From: a virus
Lineage: Duplodnaviria > Heunggongvirae > Uroviricota > Caudoviricetes
Strand: one strand, 5' to 3'
DNA length: 64,000 bases
Virus record (IMG/VR): IMGVR_UViG_3300042341_001208
Numbering within the stretch: position 1 is the first letter of the stretch; each line of letters opens with the position of its first letter. The notes beneath the pieces were generated by a model. It searched no databases and was not told where the DNA came from. It worked only from the letters and a program-made list of their open reading frames with translations. Below, piece by piece: positions 1-10,200 of this stretch. A program made the translations under genes and the position numbers.

Positions 1-105
1 CCTGGGCCAAAACCCAAACCTCAGGCTTTCTACGAGGTTTTCAGAGAAGGTGACAGAGACTCCCCCTCTGAAGAGCCGGCCAAGATTGTATTCAACAACG
101 ATTTA

Positions 106-636
106 ATGACTTCATCTCAGACGTTCACAATTTTACTCAACGATAAAGAGTCTTGGAATGAGCTCTTTAAGCTGCTCTATTTTGCCCAGTTTGAAGGAAA
201 AATATCAGGACCTACTTGGAGGGGATTAAAACACATTATGGAACTCTTCTCTTCGGATTTGGAGTCTTTTTACAAGACCGGAAATCTGGGAATAGTTGGA
301 GTGAAAAAGGATTGCAACCCTTATGGAGGACACTACGAGTCCTCAGTTGATTTTCTGAAGAACCTTCCTTATGGCATCTTTGATGATCTGAAGGCTGGAT
401 TTGTCAAGAAGATGAAAGAAGATCCTGCGGAGATTCAGTATGCAATTTCTCAGTGTCAACTTCCGAAAGGAACAGCAGAGACCGTATTTGGCACAGCTAG
501 ACTCTACCCAGAAAATGAGGTGCTGAACTTCTACAATCTGATGAAGCAAGAAGGTTATGTTCCACCGGCCGGATTTGACGAAGAAACTGGGGAAATTTCA
601 GATATACACAAATCTCTAGGGGACATCGGTCTGTAG
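106..636 (+). CDS. hypothetical protein; C-terminus ends SLGDIGL (shared D-L-x-x-V/I-G-L motif); TAG stop
   Basis: 176-aa ORF with ATG start; first gene of a paralog-rich block; no recognisable catalytic motifs. Confidence 0.45.
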   Translation: MTSSQTFTILLNDKESWNELFKLLYFAQFEGKISGPTWRGLKHIMELFSSDLESFYKTGNLGIVGVKKDCNPYGGHYESSVDFLKNLPYGIFDDLKAGFVKKMKEDPAEIQYAISQCQLPKGTAETVFGTARLYPENEVLNFYNLMKQEGYVPPAGFDEETGEISDIHKSLGDIGL

Positions 637-647
637 CATATAAGGAC

Positions 648-1226
648 ATGAAGCACATAAAACTATTTGAAGACTACTCAGACGAAGATTTAGCAGGACT
701 AATGTCCGATCTAGATGGGGTTGGTCTTATGAATAAAGTAATTGTTAGCTTCGGGGAAAAAATTCCAATTCCTCAAGAGGTGACCCATCCATCTTGGTGG
801 GCAGAGCCTTGGGGGAAATTTGCCATCGTGGAGATTTACACTCCAGAGAAAGGTCCAAAGGCAGAACAACTGGCTTTCGAAAAAATTAAAAAGGGAGACT
901 TCACTCAAGATTTATCGAAATTAGATACTGATGCTTACAAGAACAGAATTTCCAACATTCTGAAGTTTTTTAGTTCGGAGAGAATTCAGAAGGAAGCTCA
1001 AGAATCTCGGGACGTGGTGGAATTCAAAACTCGAATTCACGAAAAGTCGGGACAGATCCTATTTAACGAATGGGAAGGTATAGTCGAGAAATATCTCGAA
1101 GGAAAATCTGAAGATTATGCGAAAGAATTTTTCAACACGCTTTGGAAATCCACCCCCAAATCAGCCAAGCAAGAGATTGCCGGATCCACAGCAATAAAAG
1201 TTTTGCAAACCGAAGTAAATAAATGA
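648..1226 (+). CDS. hypothetical protein, member of MKHIKLFEDYSDE / DLxxVGL paralog family
   Basis: N-terminus MKHIKLFEDYSDEDLAGLMSDLDGVGL is nearly identical to the next gene's; internal GDFTQ motif shared with 1223..1795. Confidence 0.55.
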   Translation: MKHIKLFEDYSDEDLAGLMSDLDGVGLMNKVIVSFGEKIPIPQEVTHPSWWAEPWGKFAIVEIYTPEKGPKAEQLAFEKIKKGDFTQDLSKLDTDAYKNRISNILKFFSSERIQKEAQESRDVVEFKTRIHEKSGQILFNEWEGIVEKYLEGKSEDYAKEFFNTLWKSTPKSAKQEIAGSTAIKVLQTEVNK

Positions 1227-1795
1227 AGCACATAAAACTATTTGAAGACTACTCAGACGAAGAAATCAAGTCCCTCATGGGGGACCTTGCCGAGGTTGGT
1301 CTGGGAAAGAAATGGAGGGTTGTTGGATCAATATCCACAGTTACCCCAGAAGTCAACTACTATAGAAACTGGGAAGAACAAGTCCATGAGGTTTTCATTG
1401 TGGAAGTTGCTGCAGATTCAGAGAAGACGGCATATTTAGAGGCCTTTGAAAAACTTAAATCTGGAGACTTCACTCAGAAACTTTCAGATGAAATGGAAAA
1501 ATGGAATAACGTTCTGAATAAAATTCCAGAGGTGGGAAAAATTCTTTCCAAAGACAACATCATCAAAGCTGCTAATGGAAAGGCAAATCAGCAGCCAATG
1601 GAGAGGAAGGACATTACAGGAAATCCAATCTATGACGGAAAAATTAGATGGGTCATGACTGTTGATCTTGTGGGTCCGACTGAAGAGGCAATTCTAAATA
1701 AGATAAAGTCCATGACAGGAGGTGTTGTTAGCCCAGAGATGGAGGAATTTGTTAACGAAAATGTGGGTTGGAACTTAAGAGCAGAAGAAATATGA
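1223..1795 (+). CDS. hypothetical protein, tandem paralog of 648..1226
   Basis: N-terminus MKHIKLFEDYSDEEIKSLMGDLAEVGL; shares AFEKxKxGDFTQ motif with upstream gene; ATGA start/stop overlap. Confidence 0.55.
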   Translation: MKHIKLFEDYSDEEIKSLMGDLAEVGLGKKWRVVGSISTVTPEVNYYRNWEEQVHEVFIVEVAADSEKTAYLEAFEKLKSGDFTQKLSDEMEKWNNVLNKIPEVGKILSKDNIIKAANGKANQQPMERKDITGNPIYDGKIRWVMTVDLVGPTEEAILNKIKSMTGGVVSPEMEEFVNENVGWNLRAEEI

Positions 1796-1863
1796 GACGC
1801 TTAAAGTCATATAAAATATTCGAGGCTAATAAGCCTACAAGTCTATAACAATCGAAATTTATT

Positions 1864-1873
1864 TACCGTATCT
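1864..1873 (+). promoter_or_regulatory. degenerate copy (TACCGTATCT) of GACCGTATAT promoter-like motif
   Basis: 15 nt upstream of ATG 1888. Confidence 0.25.
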
Positions 1874-1887
1874 TTCTATAACATAAT

Positions 1888-2547
1888 ATGGAAGATCAAG
1901 AATTGTGGGATCTCATGGGAGACCTTGAAGACGTTGGGCTTGGAGATAGTATCACCAAGGCTTATTCGATTACGGGATTTTATGAAGATGGGGAAGAGCA
2001 TCTCGACAACGACATTTTGACTGCTAATATCTTGAATGCTTTTATTGAAGTCAATGAATCAGATGGGGCTGATTTATTTCTTGACAAACTAGACGAGCCA
2101 AAATCTCCTCATATGGACCCTTTAGTTTCCTCCTGGTTTGGTGACAACTACCTTATAATCAAAGGAAACTTCACCAGGGTTAGATCAGTCGAAGAAAGGC
2201 TAAGAAAAGAGTTTGTAATCGAAAAAGAGGTTGAGCTTAAAGACTATAAAAAATTAGAGCTTAGTGGAAGTTCCGGATCTTACGGTGCGACTGGAATTTC
2301 AGGAACTCCTGGAATTTCAGGAACGACTGGATATGCTGGAACTACCACGGTTGTATATTCTTCCCCAGGATTGAGCGGGTCTTGGTCCACCTCAGGAGTA
2401 ACGGTTTCTGTCTCAACTCCAAAGATGATCCAAACTTCTGTCAAGATCGAAATGCCGATCAGGGAGCTAAAAGATCCACCAGAAGATGAGGTTGAGACCT
2501 ACGGACATCCTCTTTGGGAAAAGATTAAAGGTAAACTAGGATTCTAA
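1888..2547 (+). CDS. hypothetical protein with DLMGDLEDVGL motif and a Gly/Ser/Thr-rich low-complexity segment
   Basis: 219-aa ORF; N-terminal LWDLMGDLEDVGLG matches family motif; GSSGSYGATGISGTPGISGTTGYAGTT repeat. Confidence 0.5.
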   Translation: MEDQELWDLMGDLEDVGLGDSITKAYSITGFYEDGEEHLDNDILTANILNAFIEVNESDGADLFLDKLDEPKSPHMDPLVSSWFGDNYLIIKGNFTRVRSVEERLRKEFVIEKEVELKDYKKLELSGSSGSYGATGISGTPGISGTTGYAGTTTVVYSSPGLSGSWSTSGVTVSVSTPKMIQTSVKIEMPIRELKDPPEDEVETYGHPLWEKIKGKLGF

Positions 2548-2556
2548 ACCGTATAT
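2547..2556 (+). promoter_or_regulatory. GACCGTATAT-family promoter-like motif (AACCGTATAT)
   Basis: 4-10 nt upstream of HD gene start (ATG 2561/2567). Confidence 0.4.
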
Positions 2557-2560
2557 TCTA

Positions 2561-3088
2561 ATGAATATGACAACTCAAGAATTTATAAAATTTTGCAAAC
2601 ATCAACACGATGTAGAATGCAACCAAAAGTATGGAAAGATCCATCCTTATTCCTTTCACCTTGATCTAGTAGCTACCCAAGCTAAAAAGTTCGAAGAACT
2701 CCTAGGTGATTTTGATCTAGACCTAGATAAAACAATTATGGCATCATGCTACGGTCACGATCTGATCGAAGATGCCAGAGTTACCTACAACGATATCAAA
2801 GAAATGGTGGGAGAGAAGATCGCAGATATTATCTACTGTTGCACCGAAGAGAAAGGTAAAAACAGAGATCAAAGACACAGTGAGAAGTATTTTGCCGAAC
2901 TGAAAGAAAACGAACTTGCAATCTTCGTTAAACTTTGCGACATCACTGCCAATGTTAAATATTCTCTTTTAACAGACTCTGGAATGTTTAAAAAATACAG
3001 AAAAGAATTTCCTAAAGTTAAAGAACATCTTTACGTAGAGAAATTCAAACCCCTGTTTGACCACCTAGAATCAATCCTTTCAATCTAA
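2561..3088 (+). CDS. HD-domain phosphohydrolase (175 aa)
   Basis: His...HD...D pattern: SFHLDLV, CYGHDLIEDARV, CDITAN; small HD hydrolase fold; promoter motif immediately upstream. Confidence 0.6.
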   Translation: MNMTTQEFIKFCKHQHDVECNQKYGKIHPYSFHLDLVATQAKKFEELLGDFDLDLDKTIMASCYGHDLIEDARVTYNDIKEMVGEKIADIIYCCTEEKGKNRDQRHSEKYFAELKENELAIFVKLCDITANVKYSLLTDSGMFKKYRKEFPKVKEHLYVEKFKPLFDHLESILSI

Positions 3089-3092
3089 TCAT

Positions 3093-3464
3093 ATGAACCA
3101 AGAATTTTTATGGCTATTTATTCTGTTGATCCACTTCTTAGGAGACTTTGGACTTCAGACTCACGATCAAGCAACTAATAAATCCTCTAGTGACAAATGG
3201 CTATTTTACCACGTTGGAGTTTACTCTATCATCTGGTTCCTTGCAACCTGGATTTGGTTCGGAGCTGCAGATAAAGCATTTGCTTTTGCCATCACAACTT
3301 TCGTCTTTCACTTTCTAACAGACTTTGCAACCTCTAGGATAGGTAAGCCTTTCTGGGAGAACAAGGACTTTCACAATGGATTTGTAGTGGTTGGATTCGA
3401 TCAAATTCTACACTACATTCAGCTTTATTTAACTTTTTCCCTTATTTCATCTCAAATGATCTAA
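3093..3464 (+). CDS. small integral membrane protein
   Basis: 123 aa, 3-4 hydrophobic helices (LWLFILLIHFLGDFGL, VGVYSIIWFLATWIWFGA, FAFAITTFVFHFL). Confidence 0.45.
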   Translation: MNQEFLWLFILLIHFLGDFGLQTHDQATNKSSSDKWLFYHVGVYSIIWFLATWIWFGAADKAFAFAITTFVFHFLTDFATSRIGKPFWENKDFHNGFVVVGFDQILHYIQLYLTFSLISSQMI

Positions 3465-3468
3465 CTCT

Positions 3469-3478
3469 GACCGTATAT
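3469..3478 (+). promoter_or_regulatory. GACCGTATAT promoter-like motif
   Basis: ctGACCGTATATtcaataaaataacaat, 28 nt upstream of ATG 3507. Confidence 0.5.
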
Positions 3479-3506
3479 TCAATAAAATAACAATTAAAAA
3501 AATCAA

Positions 3507-4064
3507 ATGGAAACTAAAAAAATCATCAAGTATGCAGTAATGGGCATCATCGGACTTTTTGTATTTGGTATCTTTACCAGCATCATTTCAACCTCAAACC
3601 AAGAGGTGGATTTGAGAAACAGATTCAAACAAAAGATGGACGAGAGAACAGCATTCTACGACAAAATGTGGAAAACTATTTCCCAGAAATCTCAAGTTGC
3701 TCTTCGAAATGACAGCTCATTTGCAAACAACGTGAATGCAATCATGGCAGGAAGAAAGGACGCACAAGGGCTATTTATGAAATGGGTTCAGGAATCAAAT
3801 CCGAATGCGAACTATGAAACCGTATCCTCTTTGTATGCCGATCTAAGCCGAACTATTGAAGGCCAGAGAGATGGATTCTTCATGGAAGAAAAAATGATCC
3901 AGTCGATAGTGCTAGAACATGATAACATCATGGGTAAATTTCCTTCAGGGGTTATTCTTTCAACCTTCATGGGCAGAACTAAGCTAGTCTACAAACCTAT
4001 AACTTCAGATGTTACCGACGAGGTCATCAAGACAGGTAAAGACAACAACACGAAAGTGTTCTAA
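3507..4064 (+). CDS. hypothetical protein with N-terminal transmembrane anchor
   Basis: 185 aa; N-terminal hydrophobic segment AVMGIIGLFVFGIFTSIIS; GACCGTATAT motif 28 nt upstream. Confidence 0.5.
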   Translation: METKKIIKYAVMGIIGLFVFGIFTSIISTSNQEVDLRNRFKQKMDERTAFYDKMWKTISQKSQVALRNDSSFANNVNAIMAGRKDAQGLFMKWVQESNPNANYETVSSLYADLSRTIEGQRDGFFMEEKMIQSIVLEHDNIMGKFPSGVILSTFMGRTKLVYKPITSDVTDEVIKTGKDNNTKVF

Positions 4065-4089
4065 TTCAAGCAAAATTAAAAAAACAGAT

Positions 4090-4917
4090 ATGAAAAAACT
4101 ATTAGTCGTTTTAATGGCACTATTCACAGTCTTAACAGCAAGTGCCAAGTGTGATTTTTCTAAAGTTAAAGTTCAACAATGGAATCAAGGAGTCTATTAT
4201 AAATGGTACACTTCAGGATGGGAAGTAGATTCTTGTAAATCGATGACCTTTCTTCTATTTGATTACCAAACCCAAAAAACCGATACACTATTTAGCTTCA
4301 GGGGTATTGTTGAAATTGCCTTTAATGCACCAGGTTCTTATAAACTTTACATTAAGCTATCTGACAGATGCAATAAATGTGATACCGCGATTTATCGAAT
4401 TGTAGAAATTCAAAGATGGTACCCTAAAGCAATGTATACTGATAAGTTTATTACCTGTGATAGCTTAGTCGGCGAAATGGGAATTATATCTAACATTAAA
4501 GACACCTGCTACAGCTATTATTACACCATATATAGTGGAAATGAGTTAGACGAATTGACTAAGAATGATTGGGGAGCTATGAAAGATCGAGATTTGATCG
4601 ATTATTATTCTTTTTCACTTGATGACATTCGATATTCTTCTTCCAATTCTAGAAGGATTAATTATAAATTCCCCAACGAAGGAAGATTTTTGATGGTAAC
4701 CCAGTACTATAATAAATGTAATAACCAAGATACTTTCTTTCTAAGAAGATATAATATTGACTGCAGTACAACAGGGATTACATCCATCACTAAACAGGAA
4801 CCTAAACTAATAGGTATGTTTGATGTCTTGGGAAGACCGGTTACGTACGTTCGAGAAAATGAACTTGTAATCTACCTCTACAGTGACGGTACATACAAAA
4901 AAATAATTAGGAACTAA
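4090..4917 (+). CDS. secreted Cys-rich hypothetical protein (signal peptide)
   Basis: Start moved to in-frame ATG 4090 (MKKLLVVLMALFTVLTASA signal peptide), so it no longer overlaps 3507..4064; multiple Cys; followed by a strong terminator. Confidence 0.5.
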   Translation: MKKLLVVLMALFTVLTASAKCDFSKVKVQQWNQGVYYKWYTSGWEVDSCKSMTFLLFDYQTQKTDTLFSFRGIVEIAFNAPGSYKLYIKLSDRCNKCDTAIYRIVEIQRWYPKAMYTDKFITCDSLVGEMGIISNIKDTCYSYYYTIYSGNELDELTKNDWGAMKDRDLIDYYSFSLDDIRYSSSNSRRINYKFPNEGRFLMVTQYYNKCNNQDTFFLRRYNIDCSTTGITSITKQEPKLIGMFDVLGRPVTYVRENELVIYLYSDGTYKKIIRN

Positions 4918-4934
4918 ATTTAAATTTAAACTTT

Positions 4935-4964
4935 AAAGGTCGCTAAATTTTAGCGACCTTTTTT
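4935..4964 (+). terminator. rho-independent terminator hairpin
   Basis: Perfect inverted repeat GGTCGCTAAA/TTTAGCGACC (4938-4958) followed by TTTTTT; A-run upstream allows bidirectional function. Confidence 0.75.
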
Positions 4965-4980
4965 GTGTTTATTATTTACT

Positions 4981-4990
4981 GACCGTATAT
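4981..4990 (+). promoter_or_regulatory. GACCGTATAT promoter-like motif
   Basis: ctGACCGTATATttactaaataataaa, 23 nt upstream of ATG 5014, just after terminator 4935-4964. Confidence 0.5.
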
Positions 4991-5013
4991 TTACTAAATA
5001 ATAAATCAAAAAT

Positions 5014-6222
5014 ATGTTAATCTGGCTTTGTCTACTAATTCCTCTCATTGGAGCAATCGTTCTTCTTAAATGGTACAAACACACCCTAGTCTGGTGGGAA
5101 GTTCTAGTCCCTCTAGTTTCCTGCTTCTTCTTTATCCTAATCTTCAAATTCACAGTTGAAAAGATTCAAACCAGCGACACCGAGTATAAAGGTGCTCTCA
5201 TAGTTGAAGCTAGATACTACGAGTACTGGGAAACTTATGTTAGAAAAACCTGTTATAGAACTCATAAAGTAGGGAAGACAACTATTACAACTTCCTATGA
5301 TTGTTCTTATTGCGATCACAATCCGGAACACTGGACGATGATAAATTCTTTGGGACAAGAATTCTCTATTACCAAGGAACACTACGAAAAATTAAGAAAG
5401 CTCTGGAATTCTACCCCTCAATTTTTAGAATTGAACCGTAGTATAAACCACAGCTTCTTTGGATGCGGTAAGGATGGAGATGCATACGTAATCAAATGGA
5501 ATTTAAATCCTTTGACCTCCAGATCTACCACGGAATCAAACACCTACGACAATAGGGTTCAAGCTGCACATTCTGCTTTTGATTTCTTAGAAGTATCTGA
5601 GGAAGATGTAAAAAGATATAAACTATTCGAATATCCAGAAATTAAAGGTTACACCCAAGAGAATGTATTAGGTCTAGATTCTATGCCCTATATTCCAAAA
5701 AGTAAAATTGACACTTTCAAAATTTTAGCTCATTATTTGAATGGAAAGCTAGGTCCAGAAAAACACGCCAGAATTTATTTCCTCTTCTTTGAGGCTAAAG
5801 ATCAGCTAACAGCATCCATGCAAGAGGCTTACTGGGACGGAGGTAATGATAACGAATTGGTTATCTGCATAGGAATAGATCCGAAGACTCAGAACCTAAA
5901 CTGGGTAAAACCCTTCTCCTGGACTCCTAATCGACAAGTGATACCGGAAATCCGAGAGGAGATTATGGAAGTAGGTAAATTTGATCCGGTAGCAATTTCT
6001 AACCGAGTGGAGGGTGTGGTTAGATCCAAATACAAAAGAAAAGACTTTAGAGAATTCTCTTATCTGACAGTAGATCCTCCAGCTTGGTCTATCTGGGTTA
6101 CCGCAATTCTTACCGCAATTATTACCTTCTTATTATCCAGATGGGCGGCAATCAACGATATAGGTAACGATGGAGATATGTCAGGAGACTTTTTTAGCAG
6201 AAAGAGAACTTACAGATGGTAA
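5014..6222 (+). CDS. membrane protein, function unknown
   Basis: 402 aa; N-terminal (LIWLCLLIPLIGAIVLL, VPLVSCFFFILIF) and C-terminal (IWVTAILTAIITFLL) TM helices; promoter motif 23 nt upstream. Confidence 0.5.
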   Translation: MLIWLCLLIPLIGAIVLLKWYKHTLVWWEVLVPLVSCFFFILIFKFTVEKIQTSDTEYKGALIVEARYYEYWETYVRKTCYRTHKVGKTTITTSYDCSYCDHNPEHWTMINSLGQEFSITKEHYEKLRKLWNSTPQFLELNRSINHSFFGCGKDGDAYVIKWNLNPLTSRSTTESNTYDNRVQAAHSAFDFLEVSEEDVKRYKLFEYPEIKGYTQENVLGLDSMPYIPKSKIDTFKILAHYLNGKLGPEKHARIYFLFFEAKDQLTASMQEAYWDGGNDNELVICIGIDPKTQNLNWVKPFSWTPNRQVIPEIREEIMEVGKFDPVAISNRVEGVVRSKYKRKDFREFSYLTVDPPAWSIWVTAILTAIITFLLSRWAAINDIGNDGDMSGDFFSRKRTYRW

Positions 6223-6239
6223 TTAGACTATAATAAGAA

Positions 6240-6830
6240 ATGGCAACAATAAAAGATAAGTGGCACTGGAAATTACAAAGATGGGTTAAACACGATTTAC
6301 CCTATCTGCATCTAGAATTTGCAAGGGGAATTAAAAACCTATGGAGATGGTTTCCTGTCATTTGGAAAGACAGAGATTGGGACGATCACTACATCTTTGA
6401 AATCCTGAAGACCAAGTTGAAGAACCAAGCAGAGTACATCGGAACTAGAAACATTCACACTAGAGCAAAGAGAGATTCTGAGATAATGCTTCTTTGTGCT
6501 AGATTGACGGAAAAGGTTCAGGAAGAATTTTATTCAATGGAATACATGGACTACCACGAGTCAAGATACAATTGGATCGACTCTGAAGATTTTCCAGATT
6601 CCAAACAATTAGAAATAGAGGAAATTTCTGAGAACTATGACGAGTATCTTGCAAAACACAAATTGGCAGTAAAAAGAGTTATCTCTGATCCTAAGCATCA
6701 AATTTTCAAATTGACAGAGGATGACTATAAACAAAGACTAGCGATGAACGTCTCCCATTATAATCACAAAAGAGCAAGAAAAATTCTTTTCGAATTAATG
6801 GAAAGAAATATTGAGGGCTGGTGGGATTGA
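6240..6830 (+). CDS. hypothetical protein
   Basis: 196-aa ORF, Trp-rich N-terminus, no recognisable motif. Confidence 0.45.
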   Translation: MATIKDKWHWKLQRWVKHDLPYLHLEFARGIKNLWRWFPVIWKDRDWDDHYIFEILKTKLKNQAEYIGTRNIHTRAKRDSEIMLLCARLTEKVQEEFYSMEYMDYHESRYNWIDSEDFPDSKQLEIEEISENYDEYLAKHKLAVKRVISDPKHQIFKLTEDDYKQRLAMNVSHYNHKRARKILFELMERNIEGWWD

Positions 6831-7250
6831 GCAGATTTCGTACCCTATATATGATATATAAATTGAATAATATTTACATATCAAGCCAAGAAAAAAACAT
6901 CTACTCATTATATTTAAAAAACAACCTGCACAATTACTAAAAAATTTTATATTGGGATTCTTTCTACATCTATTTTGGATGATGGATATTTAGGATCTGG
7001 AGTAAAATTAACCAGATCTGTTAAGAAATATGGAAAATACAATCACATTAAAGAAATTCTAGAATACTTGAGTGATAGAGAGTCTTTATTATAATAAAAG
7101 AATTATTAGTAAACGAAGATCTAATAAATGATCCATTTTGTATGAATTTAATAGTAGGAGGAAATTTTTCGGGGCTCAATTATCGTAAAGAACACACCGA
7201 AAAAACTAAAAATAAAATTTCTTCTAAATAAAGGGAAAATAGAAAAAATT

Positions 7251-10200
7251 ATGGCTCAAAAGTATTTGAGCAAAGCTTTGGCTTTCGCTTTAACCTTGTT
7301 TGCAACACAAGGAAATCTTCATGCAGCATGCGGGAATCTCACACCGAGTTTCAGTAATGCATCCAACAAAACCTGTGGTATACCTCAGGTAATTACACTT
7401 ACCAATACTTCCACTGGAAACAGTCGAAATGTAGCCACCTACAAGTGGTATGTGGGTACCACACTGCTGAGCACACAAGTTGGCAAATCCACCCAAAAAT
7501 ACACCATCAACACTGCAGGTAGCTATACCTTCAAGTTGGTGGCGATAGATACGGGTAAGGTGGGCTGTAAAGACAGCACAAGCACTACCATTACCATTTC
7601 GGCATCTGTTCCGAGAATTTTGGATGGCAATAGAGTAAATACCTATTCTCCCATTTGGGAAAATTGTATAAGTTCATTGGGGGTTCCTGACACCTTTGGT
7701 ATAAATATCAAACCTCAGGATTCATTGCGAAATTACACCATAGTTTGGGGGGATGGCACCGGTAATTCTACTGGCACTTTACTGCTTAGCAGCCAATCCC
7801 TCTACCATAAGTATAATTCACTAGGACAATTTACTTTATTAATCATCGGAACAAAGGGAAGTTGCACTGATACCCTTCGAGGTGTGGTGTCGAATGAAAG
7901 AAATCCTGTGGCTGGAATTGTGGGTCCACCAACAGGAACCAATGCAGGTTGTGTGCCCATTCGCATGCGTTTTATCAATAACTCTTCCTTAAGCTCACCT
8001 AGCACCACTTTTACCTGGGATTTTGGCAATGGCGAAACCATAGTAAGGGGATTCAATACCCACAAAGACACTTTATTTTATACCTATAAGCGCTTTTTGT
8101 GTAATGGCATCGTGAAACTTACTCAAACCAATAATTGTGGTTCGAGTTTTGCCACCTGGAACCCAATCATGGCTTCCTCTAAGGATACTGCCATTATTGC
8201 GCCGACCAATCCGACCAACTGCGATCTTGCTGTACCTTTTACGTTTAACAATACCTCTCAAAATCGTTTTTGTAGCACGCCAAACAATAAGAAATACCTC
8301 TGGGTTTGGGGCGACGGAACCAATTCTGGTTGGAGTACTTCTTCTGCTTCGCAGTCTAAAACCTACAGCAAGCGCGGTGTGTACCAGGTCTTGCTGATTG
8401 ATTCAAATGGCTGCGGTAAAGATACTGCAAGGTATACCTTGCGTATCGATAGCATGCCTACCATTTCTGCAGGCCCAGCGTCGGCTGCAGGATGCTCACC
8501 TTTGGTGGTAAACTTCAGAGACAACAGCATAAATGCAACTTCTAGAAATTGGGATTTTGGATATGCAACACCAACAAGCAGTGCGCAAAACCCAACCCAT
8601 ACCTATCAAACAGGTGGTACATATAGAGCAGTGCTGACAGTAGCCAACAATTGTGGATCATTAAAAGATACTGTCCTTATTACTGTCAAACAAAAAGTAA
8701 AGGCAAACTTCAATACACCGCTTACTGGCTGTGCTCCATTAACACAGAAATGGACCAATACATCTGTCAAAGGATTGGCAGGAACCCCTACATATTTCTG
8801 GGATTTTGGGGACGGAACAACTTCTACCCAGGTGAATCCTCCAGATAAAACTTACTCTACGTTAGGGACATATACCATTACACTCATTGCTACAGACTCA
8901 TGCGGTAAGGATACCATTAAAAAGACGTTTACCGTCCGTGGTAAGCCCTCTGCTACAATTACTTTGTTATCTTCAAGCCGGTGTGTGGGCAGCACTTTAG
9001 ATATTCGCTTTGTAACCTCACCCGTAAATACAGCTTCAGTTATCTGGGGTGATGGAACCAATGGCAGCAGTTATTTCGGATTGGGTGGTTCAGTTGACCG
9101 CACGGTTTCCAGAAAATACGACAGTCTGCGCACCTACAGATTTGGGGTAGTTATGGTGGATCCAAGCGGTTGCCGAGACACCAATTACCTAAACATTGCA
9201 ATGGATCCAAGGCCTACGATGAACTATACCTACACCACAACCAATGGTTGTGGTCCTTTGGATGTTACATTTACCAATACCAGTGCGCACAATGGAGGGG
9301 GTAACATCAACCAAATGAAGTTCTTATGGAACTTTAGTAATGGTATATTGGCTTACAGCAAAGATACTGCAGCTAGGTTCTTGCCGTTTAAAACAAGAGA
9401 CTCTATTTATCCCGTTAAATTAATTGGAACAAACGCCTTTGGCTGCAGAGATTCCATTACCAAAACGGTTCGAGTTTATCCAAAACCATTGAGTAAATTT
9501 AGTATTAGTGAAAAGGATGGTTGTGCACCTTTGGATATTACTACTACGAACAATTCTACTCCATATGACACGGGTTCTATAAACATAATGAAGTTTATAT
9601 GGGACTTTGGCAACGGCAGGAAAGCGTTTGGTAAAGATACTGCTGCTCGATTCTTAGCCAGTAAAACAAAAGATACTGTGTATACTGTTAGTCTGATATC
9701 TATTTCTGAACATGGTTGCCGAGATACCAGTTCAACCACAGTGCGTATTTATCCAAAACCTAAAGCCTTATTTACCAGAAGTAAAACTGAAGGTTGCAAA
9801 CCACTCGGGGTTACCTATGTCAACCAAAGTGTACCCTACGATACCGGCAATATATCAATAATGAGTTTTGCTTGGGATTTAGGAAATAGAATTACCTCAT
9901 TCGCTACAGAACCTGTGGGTATCTATAATGATGCGATAAACAAAGATACTACTTATAAGGTACGTTTGATTGCCACTAGTGAGCACGGATGCAAGGATAC
10001 TGCAAATTCCACTGTACTGTTACATCCGAATCCGGTGATTAAATTTGATATGAGCCGCACCAATGGCTGCGGTCCATTGCCTGTGAGCTTCTCGAACAAG
10101 AGCATCAACGGCGATGCATTTACTTGGGAGTTTGGCGTATATGGAACTGATACCGCAAAGAGTCCTAGTAAGGTATTCTATGGCCGCGATATTTTTGACT

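Noticed and set aside
4009-4089. Track start at 4009 for the secreted Cys-rich protein (overlapping 3507..4064 by 56 nt)
   Set aside because: The in-frame ATG at 4090 gives a textbook signal peptide and removes the overlap. The extra 27 residues are basic, look non-coding, and overlap the upstream gene.
6831-7250. Possible unannotated ORF or TAG-readthrough gene in the 420-nt spacer before the giant gene
   Set aside because: Only short frames (under 50 codons) without starts were found. Frames are interrupted by TAA as well as TAG, so there is no support for coding.
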